From assembly GCA_037142615.1 (NCBI GenBank), contig JBAXAI010000030.1:1-43646 (forward strand): a DNA stretch of 43,646 nt, given 5' to 3'. Both the position numbers and the translations under genes were made by a program. Shown one piece after another: positions 18,854 to 27,432 of this stretch. The notes beneath the pieces are model-generated. The model did no database searches and had not been told where the DNA came from. It was given only the letters and a program-made list of their open reading frames with translations. This stretch comes from Spirochaetales bacterium. Its GTDB lineage: Bacteria; Spirochaetota; Spirochaetia; JABEVK01. Numbering within the stretch: the stretch's first letter is position 1; each line of letters opens with the position of its first letter.

Positions 18854-19864
18854 TCAGTTCGCGCTGACCATCCGGGTCAAAGCACCCTGTACCGTGCCAA
18901 CGAGTTCCTTCGCCAGCAGTTTGCCCACTTCGCGAACCGCAATGGCGCGGGCATCGGCCTCGGTGACTCCGTTTTCGCGGGAAGTCTTGTTGAGGGTGGC
19001 GATCACCGTGCCGGTCTCGTCGGCCAGATTGAGCGACAAGGTCCATTGCACGGACTTGAAGTCCTTATTGACCGTCACCGGAACCATGGCCCACGAACCT
19101 GTCAGCGACAGCAGCCCGGCAGGTTGGGCGGCCAGCGAAAGAGTGGCCAGATTGGCCTTGACGAGGTCGGCGATTTTGCCGTCAGCATCGCCGTCGATGG
19201 CCAGTTTGTAGGCCAGCTTGGCCGCCAGGGCGTCGCGTTGAGAGGCCCACGCGGTCTGCTTCCAGCGGGCGTCGAGTTGATCGGCCGCTTGGGGCTGCAG
19301 CACACGCAACTGCCCCAGCAAGCCTTCGGCGTGTTTGGCGACCACGAGGGCCGCATCGGCCTGGGCGTAAGCGCGGAGAGCCGTGTTAGTCCCCATGGCC
19401 TGCGCCGAAAGCGCCTCGGCCTTGTCGAGGTCCTTGCCGATCTGGTCACGGTACAGGGCCGCCGCCGGGGCCTTCTCTAGATAGGCCACGACGAGAGTCC
19501 TGCCGTTGCCGTCGGGGGCCGGGTCCGAAAAACGCATCCCCAGCAACTGGCCGCCAGCCTGCAGACCCACCCGTTGGTCAAAGGTTTCCAGGCCATTGGT
19601 GGTCACGGCACCGTTCTGAACGAGGTCGCTGTAACGTTTTTGAGCCACACTGTCGACCTTCACCGTCACCGAGAACCGACGGGCAAGAGCTCCCGCTGCG
19701 TCAGATTCGGCGTCGCGGCGGGTGTCGCCCGAGCCCACGGCAGCCAAAAACTTGGCCGGCGGATACGCGGCGTCCAGATTGGTGGTCCAGCTGGACCCGC
19801 CGGTGGTTGAGGCGCAACTGACAAGAAAGCAGGCGAGGATCAGAGGAATCAGGGTGCGTTGCAT
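18854..19864 (-). CDS. LPP20-family lipoprotein
   Basis: Signal peptide with lipobox LVSC; YP..FLAAVGSG...AE..A..ALA..FSV. Confidence 0.75.
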   Translation of the reverse strand: MQRTLIPLILACFLVSCASTTGGSSWTTNLDAAYPPAKFLAAVGSGDTRRDAESDAAGALARRFSVTVKVDSVAQKRYSDLVQNGAVTTNGLETFDQRVGLQAGGQLLGMRFSDPAPDGNGRTLVVAYLEKAPAAALYRDQIGKDLDKAEALSAQAMGTNTALRAYAQADAALVVAKHAEGLLGQLRVLQPQAADQLDARWKQTAWASQRDALAAKLAYKLAIDGDADGKIADLVKANLATLSLAAQPAGLLSLTGSWAMVPVTVNKDFKSVQWTLSLNLADETGTVIATLNKTSRENGVTEADARAIAVREVGKLLAKELVGTVQGALTRMVSAN

Positions 19865-19881
19865 GGCAGGCCTCCAGAGGG

Positions 19882-21291
19882 TCATTCGAGATCGAAGGAA
19901 TCGACGATGTTGGGCTCGCTGGCGCTGTAGTTTCGCCGGGGGAGCGCTTCGAGGTACAGCAGACGGCCGTCGGCCGAGTGGTAGTCTACGGTCACGGAGT
20001 GGGGCCCTTCCGGGATCACAAAGTCGCCCACCCAGGCCTGGCCGGGAAAGTAGCGCGCCGAACGCAAGTCGGCCTGCTCGCTGGCGTCGACGGCGGCATC
20101 GGCAGCAAGAGTGCCCACCTGGGCTAGCAGGTTAAGGGCGCTGTTGCCGGAGTTCGCCGCGAGTTCGCGCGCTTTGTTGTTGGCAGCACCCGCCAGGATA
20201 CCCTTACTCACGGTGCGCAGAACCGTCTTGATGAGTGTGGACTGCTTGCCCAGGTTGAAGGTGTCGAGCGCGATCGCGTCCATCCGCTCGAGAAGCTGCA
20301 AACTGCCAACCGCCTTGCCGTCGACCGAAACGCCGATGCGCGCCACCATCGAGGGCCGCAGGTACATTTCGGGCAGTTGGGCCTTGAAGTTGTAGCCGCT
20401 GCGGACGCCCGAAACGCGAAGCGTGAAGGAGCCGGTCTGCTGCAAGCGGCCACGCGAGTCCTCCACCTCGGAGGTCACGGAAATCGTATTTTCTCCGGTG
20501 CGGATGCGCAGCGTGCTGGCGCGTTTGGCCGGACTTCGGCCTGTGAAGCCGACCACGCTCAGCCGGACAGAACCGTCTGGAGCCGGAGTCACGTCAAGCC
20601 GGGGCGGAGCAAAGGCGTAGAGGTTGCGTTGGGTGGCGAAGGCCTGGCGCAACTTGTCGAGGTCGATAGCCGCATTGTCGGTGCTGCCCTCGGCGCGGTA
20701 CAGGGCCAGGCTGAGGTAGCGGGCCAACGCAGAATTGTGAAACTCGGTTTTGCCCGGTTGAACCGACCCCCGGGCCTCGGGAGCGCTGTTCATGCTGGCA
20801 GCGAGTCTGGCGTACTTGTCTTCGAGCAGGTTGAGCTTGTCGTTGAGGCGGTTGATCTCGACAAAGGCGTCGTCGCCCTGCCCCAGCCCCAGGTAGTCGA
20901 GGGCCTTGAACACGTTCAGGTAAAGGTCTTCGTACGCTTCACCGGGGTAGTCGAGCAAGTAGTCATTCACGACAAACGAGGCCGCGGCATTGGTCAGACT
21001 CTTGGTGTAGTTGTCTTCGATCAGCCGCTCGGCGGCGTCGAAGCGGCTGGTGCTGGCGGCGGCCTGATCGTCCAGATGGTAGAGCATCGCCGTGTCGAGC
21101 TGCTTCAGGACCTGATCCCGGTCGGAGTAGTTGGACTGGTTGCCTTTGGCCTCGAGACTCTTGGCCGCGGCCTGATACTGGCGGGCTGCCACCGCACTGT
21201 CGGCCTGCACAAAGGCGTTGTTGCGGGTGGTGGCACAGGAGACCAGAAACAGGGCCACAAGGGTCACGACCAGCAGGTTCGGTATGCGCAT
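19882..21291 (-). CDS. COG3014-like TPR lipoprotein
   Basis: Lipobox LVSC; DYPGEAYEDLYLN; ADLRSARYFP; follows lpoB. Confidence 0.8.
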   Translation of the reverse strand: MRIPNLLVVTLVALFLVSCATTRNNAFVQADSAVAARQYQAAAKSLEAKGNQSNYSDRDQVLKQLDTAMLYHLDDQAAASTSRFDAAERLIEDNYTKSLTNAAASFVVNDYLLDYPGEAYEDLYLNVFKALDYLGLGQGDDAFVEINRLNDKLNLLEDKYARLAASMNSAPEARGSVQPGKTEFHNSALARYLSLALYRAEGSTDNAAIDLDKLRQAFATQRNLYAFAPPRLDVTPAPDGSVRLSVVGFTGRSPAKRASTLRIRTGENTISVTSEVEDSRGRLQQTGSFTLRVSGVRSGYNFKAQLPEMYLRPSMVARIGVSVDGKAVGSLQLLERMDAIALDTFNLGKQSTLIKTVLRTVSKGILAGAANNKARELAANSGNSALNLLAQVGTLAADAAVDASEQADLRSARYFPGQAWVGDFVIPEGPHSVTVDYHSADGRLLYLEALPRRNYSASEPNIVDSFDLE

Positions 21292-21304
21292 ACGGCCTCC
21301 GGGG

Positions 21305-21907
21305 CTAGAACTTGAACTTGGCCTGATCGACAATCTTCTTGATCTGCTTTTCACCGATCCAGACCTTTTCGCTGGTCTCGATATTGGTCAGTTCGAGGTT
21401 GACCTTGTAGTACACGACTTTCTGGCCTTCGATGGCGTCGATGACCGAGGTAATGACGCCCGACAGGTAGAAATCGGCGCCGGTTTCCTGACCCAACCGT
21501 TTGACGGTGTCGAGACTGGTCTGAGATTGCTGGGCCATCAATTCGTCCTGCACGGCCACGCGTTCGGTTTTGGAGGCCACGAACTTCACCTTTCCGGCGT
21601 TGATCAGCTCGCGCTCCAGGCTCTTGGTGAACACCAGAGTTTCGATGTGTTCGCTCGAGCGGTTGCGAACCTCGCCGATGATGAGAACCGGCTTTCGCTG
21701 GTTTTCGGCGGTGAAGTCAGCGATCCAGCCGCGCTTCAGCACGTCGTCAATCATCGCCTGCGCCGTCTGCTGGGCGTCGGTGTCGTTCCAGCGACCGCTC
21801 AGGTCAACGGCTGTGTCGGCAGACACCCGCGAAACAGAACGCGTCGTGGTGCACGACCCGAGCAGCAATAGGACACCCACAAAAAGAAGCACACCAGCAC
21901 TACGCAT
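21305..21907 (-). CDS. lpoB: Penicillin-binding protein activator LpoB-family lipoprotein
   Basis: Lipobox LGSC; DLSGRWNDTD, VRNRSSEHI, GQETGADF, EKVWIGEKQIKK. Confidence 0.85.
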   Translation of the reverse strand: MRSAGVLLFVGVLLLLGSCTTTRSVSRVSADTAVDLSGRWNDTDAQQTAQAMIDDVLKRGWIADFTAENQRKPVLIIGEVRNRSSEHIETLVFTKSLERELINAGKVKFVASKTERVAVQDELMAQQSQTSLDTVKRLGQETGADFYLSGVITSVIDAIEGQKVVYYKVNLELTNIETSEKVWIGEKQIKKIVDQAKFKF

Positions 21908-21937
21908 ACGAACCTCCGGAACCAACCTGTTCGGATT

Positions 21938-22669
21938 CTAAAGCAATGCCTCGGGCTTGGCAAGGAAGTCGCGGGCGAGGGCCTCAAGCCTCTGCAGGTC
22001 GTCCACCGGTAGGTTGGCGCGCAGAGTGAGCTCGACACCCGTGTCGGGATGGGGCACGGTGAGAGCCCGGCACCAAAGCTGAAGGCCTAGGGGTGACCAG
22101 ACCCCGGCCAACCAATTATTGAGGCCGGTGTCGCCCCAAACGGTGTCGCCAAGTATGGGATGGCGCAAGTCGTCGAGGTGCTGGCGGATCTGGTGCCGAC
22201 GACCAGTAACGGGCCTGGCCTCGACAAGACTGAGGCGGAAGGTCCCAAAGCCCCTCCGGGGCCAAGGGGTCTCGTAGCACACGAGCAGGCGAAACTGGGT
22301 CTCGGCGTCGAGCCACTGCTTGATTTTGCGGTCGGGCTGAACCGGCGTGGTCGCGACAACGTCGGGGGCCCAACCGCGCACCAAGGCCTCGTAACGCTTT
22401 TCGACCCTGCGCTCCTGAAAGGCCTTGCCGAGCGCCGAGGCGGCTTCGTGGTCGAGGGCAAACAGCAGGACGCCCGAAGTGGGCCGGTCGAGCCGGTGAA
22501 CAGGAAACAACTTAAGGCCAGTCTGGGCGGTGAGCTGTTCCACCACCGCCGGTTCGTCGGGGGCAAACTCGCTGCGGTGCACATGCACGCCCGCCGGTTT
22601 GTTGACCGCAAGCAGCCGGTCGTCGCGATACAGGATTTCGAACGGTCCCGCAGCAGGTCCCGGCGACAG
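21938..22669 (-). CDS. RluA/TruC-family pseudouridine synthase
   Basis: HRLDRPTSGVLL and TGRRHQIRQH. Conserved ILYRDDRLLAVNKPAG lies upstream of GTG 22588, so the start is placed tentatively at CTG 22669. Confidence 0.85.
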   Translation of the reverse strand: MSPGPAAGPFEILYRDDRLLAVNKPAGVHVHRSEFAPDEPAVVEQLTAQTGLKLFPVHRLDRPTSGVLLFALDHEAASALGKAFQERRVEKRYEALVRGWAPDVVATTPVQPDRKIKQWLDAETQFRLLVCYETPWPRRGFGTFRLSLVEARPVTGRRHQIRQHLDDLRHPILGDTVWGDTGLNNWLAGVWSPLGLQLWCRALTVPHPDTGVELTLRANLPVDDLQRLEALARDFLAKPEALL

Positions 22670-22670
22670 G

Positions 22671-23060
22671 CTAGTACTTCTTTTTTTCGACCAGGATGGT
22701 CATCAACTGGTTGAGCAGGCGCAGATCCATCGTATCGGCGTTGGCGTTGATGCCTTCGCGGATCAGTTCCCACTCCTCGTCGCTGAACACCACTTCGTCG
22801 GTGGTGAGTTCCCCGTTCATGAAGTCAATCATGGCCAGCGGCGCCTCGGCGAGCTGGTACACGGTCTTGCCCTCGGTGGTGTCGTCGAGGTACTTCTCGA
22901 AGTAGAAATTGAAGATGTCGTGTTTGAGGTTGTCGGGAAGCTCGGTCAGAAACGCGAAAAGCACGTCGCGGACGTCGCCGGCAATCTCTTCGTCGGGGCG
23001 ACCCGTCTTGCGCCGGATAGCGTCCTTGGCTTTCTTGTAAAAGGCTTCCGATCCCGTCAT
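22671..23060 (-). CDS. Hypothetical acidic protein
   Basis: 129-aa ORF co-oriented in the operon, natural composition. Confidence 0.75.
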   Translation of the reverse strand: MTGSEAFYKKAKDAIRRKTGRPDEEIAGDVRDVLFAFLTELPDNLKHDIFNFYFEKYLDDTTEGKTVYQLAEAPLAMIDFMNGELTTDEVVFSDEEWELIREGINANADTMDLRLLNQLMTILVEKKKY

Positions 23061-23115
23061 GGTTTCCCCCGAAGGCGCGATCTTACACCAAAACGCCCCG
23101 GGTTTCCAGACGCCG

Positions 23116-24348
23116 TCAATTCTCCAGAATCGTAATTTCTACCCGGCGGTTCTTCTGCTTGTTGGCCTCGGTGTCGTTGGGTGCCACGGGATGCTCGGCA
23201 CCCCAACCGCGATAAACCAGCTTTTCAGGGGTGCGGACACCGAGTTTCACCAACTGGTTGCCGACGGACGCCGCCCGGTTTTCCGACAGTTTCTGTCGGT
23301 CGGCAGCAGTTCCAGCCAGCGCGGTGTGGCCTTCCACCAAGATGTCGCGGTCGGGGTATTTCTTGAGGATCTCGCCGATGAGGCGGATCTTTTCCTGTTC
23401 GCTCGCGACCAAAAGGGCCGAATCGGGTGGGAACTGGATGTTGTCGAGGTTCAAGACGACGCCCTTTTCGGCGGCGGTCACTTGCACGTCGGCTAGCCCG
23501 CTGTCGGCCAGTGCTTTTTTGACGTCGGCGACCACCTGCGGTTTGTTCATGGTGCTGGCTTCGACAAGGTTGGAGCTACCCTGACCTTCGAATTCAAAGG
23601 TGTCCTGCGTGTTCATGGTAAGAACCAAGCTGTAATCCTCGACGTAACCCTCTTCCTGTCCCTTTTCTTTGTTGAAATAGTGCCGCTGGTGCGAGTAGCC
23701 GCTGATGAGCACCGGCCAAGTGCCCTTGCTCGACTTGGTGAAACCAGTCCGCTGGTAAAGGTTGTAGTCCGAACCGATCACCTCAACGGTGTGACCGTTC
23801 TGCTGGGCAGGACCAAGGTCGGTGTAGATCACGTCAAGCGGAATCCGCAGCAGGCGGTCGACCCCGAAATCGTCGCGCAGGTCGTGCACTTCCTCGCCTT
23901 TGCCGGTCCAGGTGTCGCCTTTTTGGGCGCCAGGTTTGGGAAACACCGGAACATTGCGCACCACGGGCATCACCTCGTCGGGGGGCACCTCATACTTGCC
24001 GGTGGCATCGACGGTGTACGCGGTATCGAACTCCTGGCTGATGGGGCTGGCTCCCTGCCGTCGGTCGCTATCGGTGAGGAACACGATGTGACCTTTGAGA
24101 AAGCCGCGGCCTTCGCTGTCGACGCCCGTAACGCTGTAGCTGACCTTGTAGGTTTGCTGTGAGGTCTGCACCAACTCACCGTTGATGTAGGCATTTTGGG
24201 TACCCGTGCCGTAGAAACGGTATTGGTCGCCCGGAATCCAGCTGAAGGCCAGAGCCCCCTGCGCCGGGGATCCCGGACTCGACAGCCAAAAAAAGGCCAG
24301 CAGGGCCACGCCCAAGACTAAGCTTCTTCGCTTCCTTGTCGCCATCAT
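23116..24348 (-). CDS. OmpA-family protein (spirochaete TpN50-like)
   Basis: Signal peptide; VMPVVRNVPVFP; C-terminal OmpA domain VEGHTA...LSENRAASV...NRRVEITILEN. Confidence 0.88.
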   Translation of the reverse strand: MMATRKRRSLVLGVALLAFFWLSSPGSPAQGALAFSWIPGDQYRFYGTGTQNAYINGELVQTSQQTYKVSYSVTGVDSEGRGFLKGHIVFLTDSDRRQGASPISQEFDTAYTVDATGKYEVPPDEVMPVVRNVPVFPKPGAQKGDTWTGKGEEVHDLRDDFGVDRLLRIPLDVIYTDLGPAQQNGHTVEVIGSDYNLYQRTGFTKSSKGTWPVLISGYSHQRHYFNKEKGQEEGYVEDYSLVLTMNTQDTFEFEGQGSSNLVEASTMNKPQVVADVKKALADSGLADVQVTAAEKGVVLNLDNIQFPPDSALLVASEQEKIRLIGEILKKYPDRDILVEGHTALAGTAADRQKLSENRAASVGNQLVKLGVRTPEKLVYRGWGAEHPVAPNDTEANKQKNRRVEITILEN

Positions 24349-24396
24349 CAATGTCCCCTTGCCCCCTTCTACGTTTCGGTCTAAAAAGCCCGTTTC

Positions 24397-24426
24397 TTGA
24401 CAAACCCGAAAACCCGCTGGTATCCT
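24397..24426 (+). promoter_or_regulatory. Sigma70-type promoter
   Basis: TTGACA-N18-TATCCT with extended -10 TG, upstream of GGAG RBS and GTG 24447. Confidence 0.55.
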
Positions 24427-24446
24427 TCGGCTTTGGAGTACAACCT

Positions 24447-24962
24447 GTGAGCCCCCGAACCCCGTACGAACTGGATCTTTCAAACCTGAAACCACTGGTG
24501 AACGACCTGCAGAACCGCCTGCGGGAAAGCGGGAACTTGGACGAGTTGGCCGCTTGGCAACAAGCCTTCCGAAAGACGGTACCCCTGTTCGACCGCAGTA
24601 TGGTCGCAGGGTTCCTGCTCAGCCAATACCTGGGAAAGGGCGGTGGCCGCCGCAAGATGGATACGATCACCGTCTTTGTGAGCATCGGGAAGAACCGCAG
24701 GGTCTTTCCGCGCGATCTGGTGCTTTTGTTTTCGACCGAAGGTCAGCTGATCAAGACCGACATCGGCGACATCAAGATTCTGGACAACTACTCGTTCGTC
24801 GAAGTCGAAGAAAAGGTCGCTGCCGCGCTCATCTCGCGGCTGGACGGCAAAACGTACCGGGGACGTCGGCTCACGGTCAACTTTGCGAAAAAACGCCCTG
24901 CGGGAGAGTCCGAAGTCAGGGAATCGTCCACCGGAGAAGAGTTACCAGAAGAAGAGCGTTGA
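24447..24962 (+). CDS. DbpA RNA-binding-domain protein (no helicase core)
   Basis: FVSIGKNRRVFPRDL, IGDIKILDNYSFVEV, YRGRRLTVNFAK. Confidence 0.85.
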   Translation: MSPRTPYELDLSNLKPLVNDLQNRLRESGNLDELAAWQQAFRKTVPLFDRSMVAGFLLSQYLGKGGGRRKMDTITVFVSIGKNRRVFPRDLVLLFSTEGQLIKTDIGDIKILDNYSFVEVEEKVAAALISRLDGKTYRGRRLTVNFAKKRPAGESEVRESSTGEELPEEER

Positions 24963-25824
24963 GTCCGGCGCCGACGAGAAGGATGACGTTGGCGATGACT
25001 TCGCGTTGGCGGGCCTGCGTGCCGGCGAGCCGTGCTTCGGCTCCCGCCGCCTGAGACCGGAACACCAGGACGTCACGGCGTGCCCGAAGCTGGCGGCTCT
25101 GCGCCCACAAGCGGGCAAAACCGTAAAAAAAGACGATGCCAGGCGGCAGAAAGAAGGTGCTCGGGAGCAGGGCAAGGGCCAAACCGATCAGGCCGATGGC
25201 TCGGGCTCCCGGGGAGCGAAGTTCCCAGTACGACGCCACCAACAGCGCGGCAAAGCCGATGACCAGCGAGACGGGTGTTGCAGGGTTCCAGTGCTCGATG
25301 GGCTGGCGGGAGTCCCGAACCAGGCGCTCGAGGACGGTCGTCTCTTCGCCGCTAAAGGCCACCACCAGTAGCGGTCGCGCTGGAGCAGCAGCAAAGCGGA
25401 GAGCATTTGTGGCACCGGAGTTGCCTGGTGTCAGGTGTCCCCAGACCACAAATCGCGTTCCTTCTGGCAGCACACCCAAGCGGGTCCACGCCACCTTCCT
25501 CGGCGGATCCTGCACTTCGGCACCCTCGTCAGGGTTTTCGAGAAAGTACACTTCCACACCGCGCAGGTTGACCGCCACGCTGACAGTGTCGTTGCCGATC
25601 CAGAGCGTGTCGCGCCCCTCGAACGCCTCGAGGGCACCGACGAGCCGGTACGGGCCCTGATCCGGCTGGATGGTCTGCAGAGCCTGAAAGGTCAAGGGAC
25701 GAGAGGCCGCCGCCGAGGTGACCCACTGGCGAAGACGGCGCCAACCGTGACGGACCTGGTAGGCACCGGCGAGAGGGATGATGGCGTAGAACAGCAGCGT
25801 CAGGAAGGCAAGAAGGGTCGCCAC
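24916..25824 (-). CDS. Hypothetical membrane protein
   Basis: 302 aa with four hydrophobic segments; 47-bp convergent overlap with the previous gene. Confidence 0.7.
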   Translation of the reverse strand: MATLLAFLTLLFYAIIPLAGAYQVRHGWRRLRQWVTSAAASRPLTFQALQTIQPDQGPYRLVGALEAFEGRDTLWIGNDTVSVAVNLRGVEVYFLENPDEGAEVQDPPRKVAWTRLGVLPEGTRFVVWGHLTPGNSGATNALRFAAAPARPLLVVAFSGEETTVLERLVRDSRQPIEHWNPATPVSLVIGFAALLVASYWELRSPGARAIGLIGLALALLPSTFFLPPGIVFFYGFARLWAQSRQLRARRDVLVFRSQAAGAEARLAGTQARQREVIANVILLVGAGLNALLLVTLLRWTIP

Positions 25825-25825
25825 G

Positions 25826-26197
25826 TCACGCTTTGACGTCGAGCACCAGACCGGTCACCGAGCCCCAAGCCTTGTAGGGCTGCGCCTGGCTCTGCATCTG
25901 GTAGACCTGCTTCGACAGCTTTTCGATGGTCTGCTCGGGGTTGGCCAAGTCGAGGGTCTCTCGCTTGATCGGCTGGGCACCGTGGGTCCGGTGCGAGTTG
26001 ATCTGCGACAAGAGGCTGTCGATCACCTGAACACGGTCGAGGCTGAGACCGCCCTCAGCTGAGGGAACACCCTGCACAAACTGAAACTGGGCAAACAGGG
26101 AAACGCCGGGCTGAACCGGGACTTCCAACTTGCCGTTGATGGGTTGAGCATAATAGCTGTAGGGGCTGACGCCCGAAATACCCGAAAGTCCGCTCAT
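25826..26197 (-). CDS. Small hypothetical protein
   Basis: 123 aa; ends GLVLDVKA; abuts the next gene. Confidence 0.75.
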   Translation of the reverse strand: MSGLSGISGVSPYSYYAQPINGKLEVPVQPGVSLFAQFQFVQGVPSAEGGLSLDRVQVIDSLLSQINSHRTHGAQPIKRETLDLANPEQTIEKLSKQVYQMQSQAQPYKAWGSVTGLVLDVKA

Positions 26198-26357
26198 TTT
26201 TGTGATCTCTTACACCGAATATCGGCGGATCACAAAACTTGATAAGCAAAATCCTCAAAGGCGGAGAATTAGGGCGAAAGCGCATCGCGGCGACAACGAA
26301 GCCCATCGCCTGACAGCTGCTGGCCCTCACCGCGCCAGACCCGCGAGATTCCGCGAA

Positions 26358-26714
26358 TTACCGGTTCTGGCGGTCCTTCTTGGACTGACAATCAATGCAA
26401 AACAAGGCGTAAGGTATGGCTTCGAGGCGCGGGGTCGGAATCATCTTCGAGCATTCCATGCAGACGCCGTAGCGTTCATTCTGGATGCGGCCCAGCGCAT
26501 TCTCGAGCAGACTGAGCTTTCTGGTTTCGACCACGTTGAGCGCTTCCAGGTTCTTCTTGTCGACGTCGTCGGCCGCCATGTCCACGATGTCCTTGGGATC
26601 CATGTCCTCGACGATCTCGCGGAACCCTTCGCTTTCAGCGACCAGGTGCTTGAGGATCTCCTCTTTTTGACGTAGGAGTTCGCTCTTCATTTTGGCAACA
26701 AATTGTTTATCCAA
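26358..26714 (-). CDS. dksA: DksA/TraR C4-type zinc-finger protein
   Basis: DIVDMA (DxxDxA) coiled-coil tip; YGVCMEC...RLEAIPYALFCIDC; divergent from infA as in Borrelia. Confidence 0.9.
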   Translation of the reverse strand: MDKQFVAKMKSELLRQKEEILKHLVAESEGFREIVEDMDPKDIVDMAADDVDKKNLEALNVVETRKLSLLENALGRIQNERYGVCMECSKMIPTPRLEAIPYALFCIDCQSKKDRQNR

Positions 26715-26782
26715 GGACCATTCCTCCGGGAAACGACTAAAACCAAGGTAATTTGGTCACTAATTCGAAAAATGTCAACAGG

Positions 26783-26811
26783 TTGACACGGGAGGACGTT
26801 CTCCCTATCAT
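26783..26811 (+). promoter_or_regulatory. Sigma70 promoter of infA
   Basis: TTGACA-N17-TATCAT ending 9 nt before the ATG. Confidence 0.7.
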
Positions 26812-26820
26812 CTTTTGTCT

Positions 26821-27042
26821 ATGGCTGACAAAGAAGAAACGATTGAAGTGGAAGGTGTCGTCCGCGAATCTCTCCCCAATACCATGTTCCGGGTCGAGAT
26901 TCAGAACGGACACGTCATCCTCGCCCACCTCTCGGGCAAGATGCGGAAGAACTACATCCGCATCGTTCCGGGCGACAGGGTGAAGGTCGAACTGTCACCG
27001 TATGACCTCACTCGGGGCCGCATCATCTTCCGCGAACGCTGA
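26821..27042 (+). CDS. infA: Translation initiation factor IF-1
   Basis: [18 protein letters not shown]...[37 protein letters not shown]. Confidence 0.98.
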   Translation: MADKEETIEVEGVVRESLPNTMFRVEIQNGHVILAHLSGKMRKNYIRIVPGDRVKVELSPYDLTRGRIIFRER

Positions 27043-27051
27043 GTCGTCCCG

Positions 27052-27432
27052 CTACTTCAACCAGACCCAAGTCGCCCCGCCGCCACCCTGTTCGCGCTTG
27101 GCTTCGCCCCAGGCTGACACATTCGGGTTCTTCGCCAACACCTGCCGCACAGCCTCTTTCAGCACCGCTTTCCCGCCGGAATGCAAGCCCTTTCCGTGAA
27201 TGACGTTGACCTTGCGTGCGCCGTCGGTTCGTGAGCGCGACAGAAAGTTACGCAGGAGGAGGACAGCCTCGTCCTTCAGGTAGCCGTGGAGGTCAAGTTC
27301 GTCGTCGGCCGGCCGGTTTTCCATCGTGGCCCGTGTCGGTGACGGTGCCAGTGCCGTTTCCTCGGGTTTACTCGCGGGAACGCTCCCGCCTTTCGACTCC
27401 CAAGTGGCGAAAATGTCCGCGAAGTCTTTCAC
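27052..27432 (-). CDS. Smr/MutS2-domain protein
   Basis: LDLHG, VIHGKG, GGGGATWVWL; GTG start overlapping the batD stop. Confidence 0.88.
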   Translation of the reverse strand: MKDFADIFATWESKGGSVPASKPEETALAPSPTRATMENRPADDELDLHGYLKDEAVLLLRNFLSRSRTDGARKVNVIHGKGLHSGGKAVLKEAVRQVLAKNPNVSAWGEAKREQGGGGATWVWLK

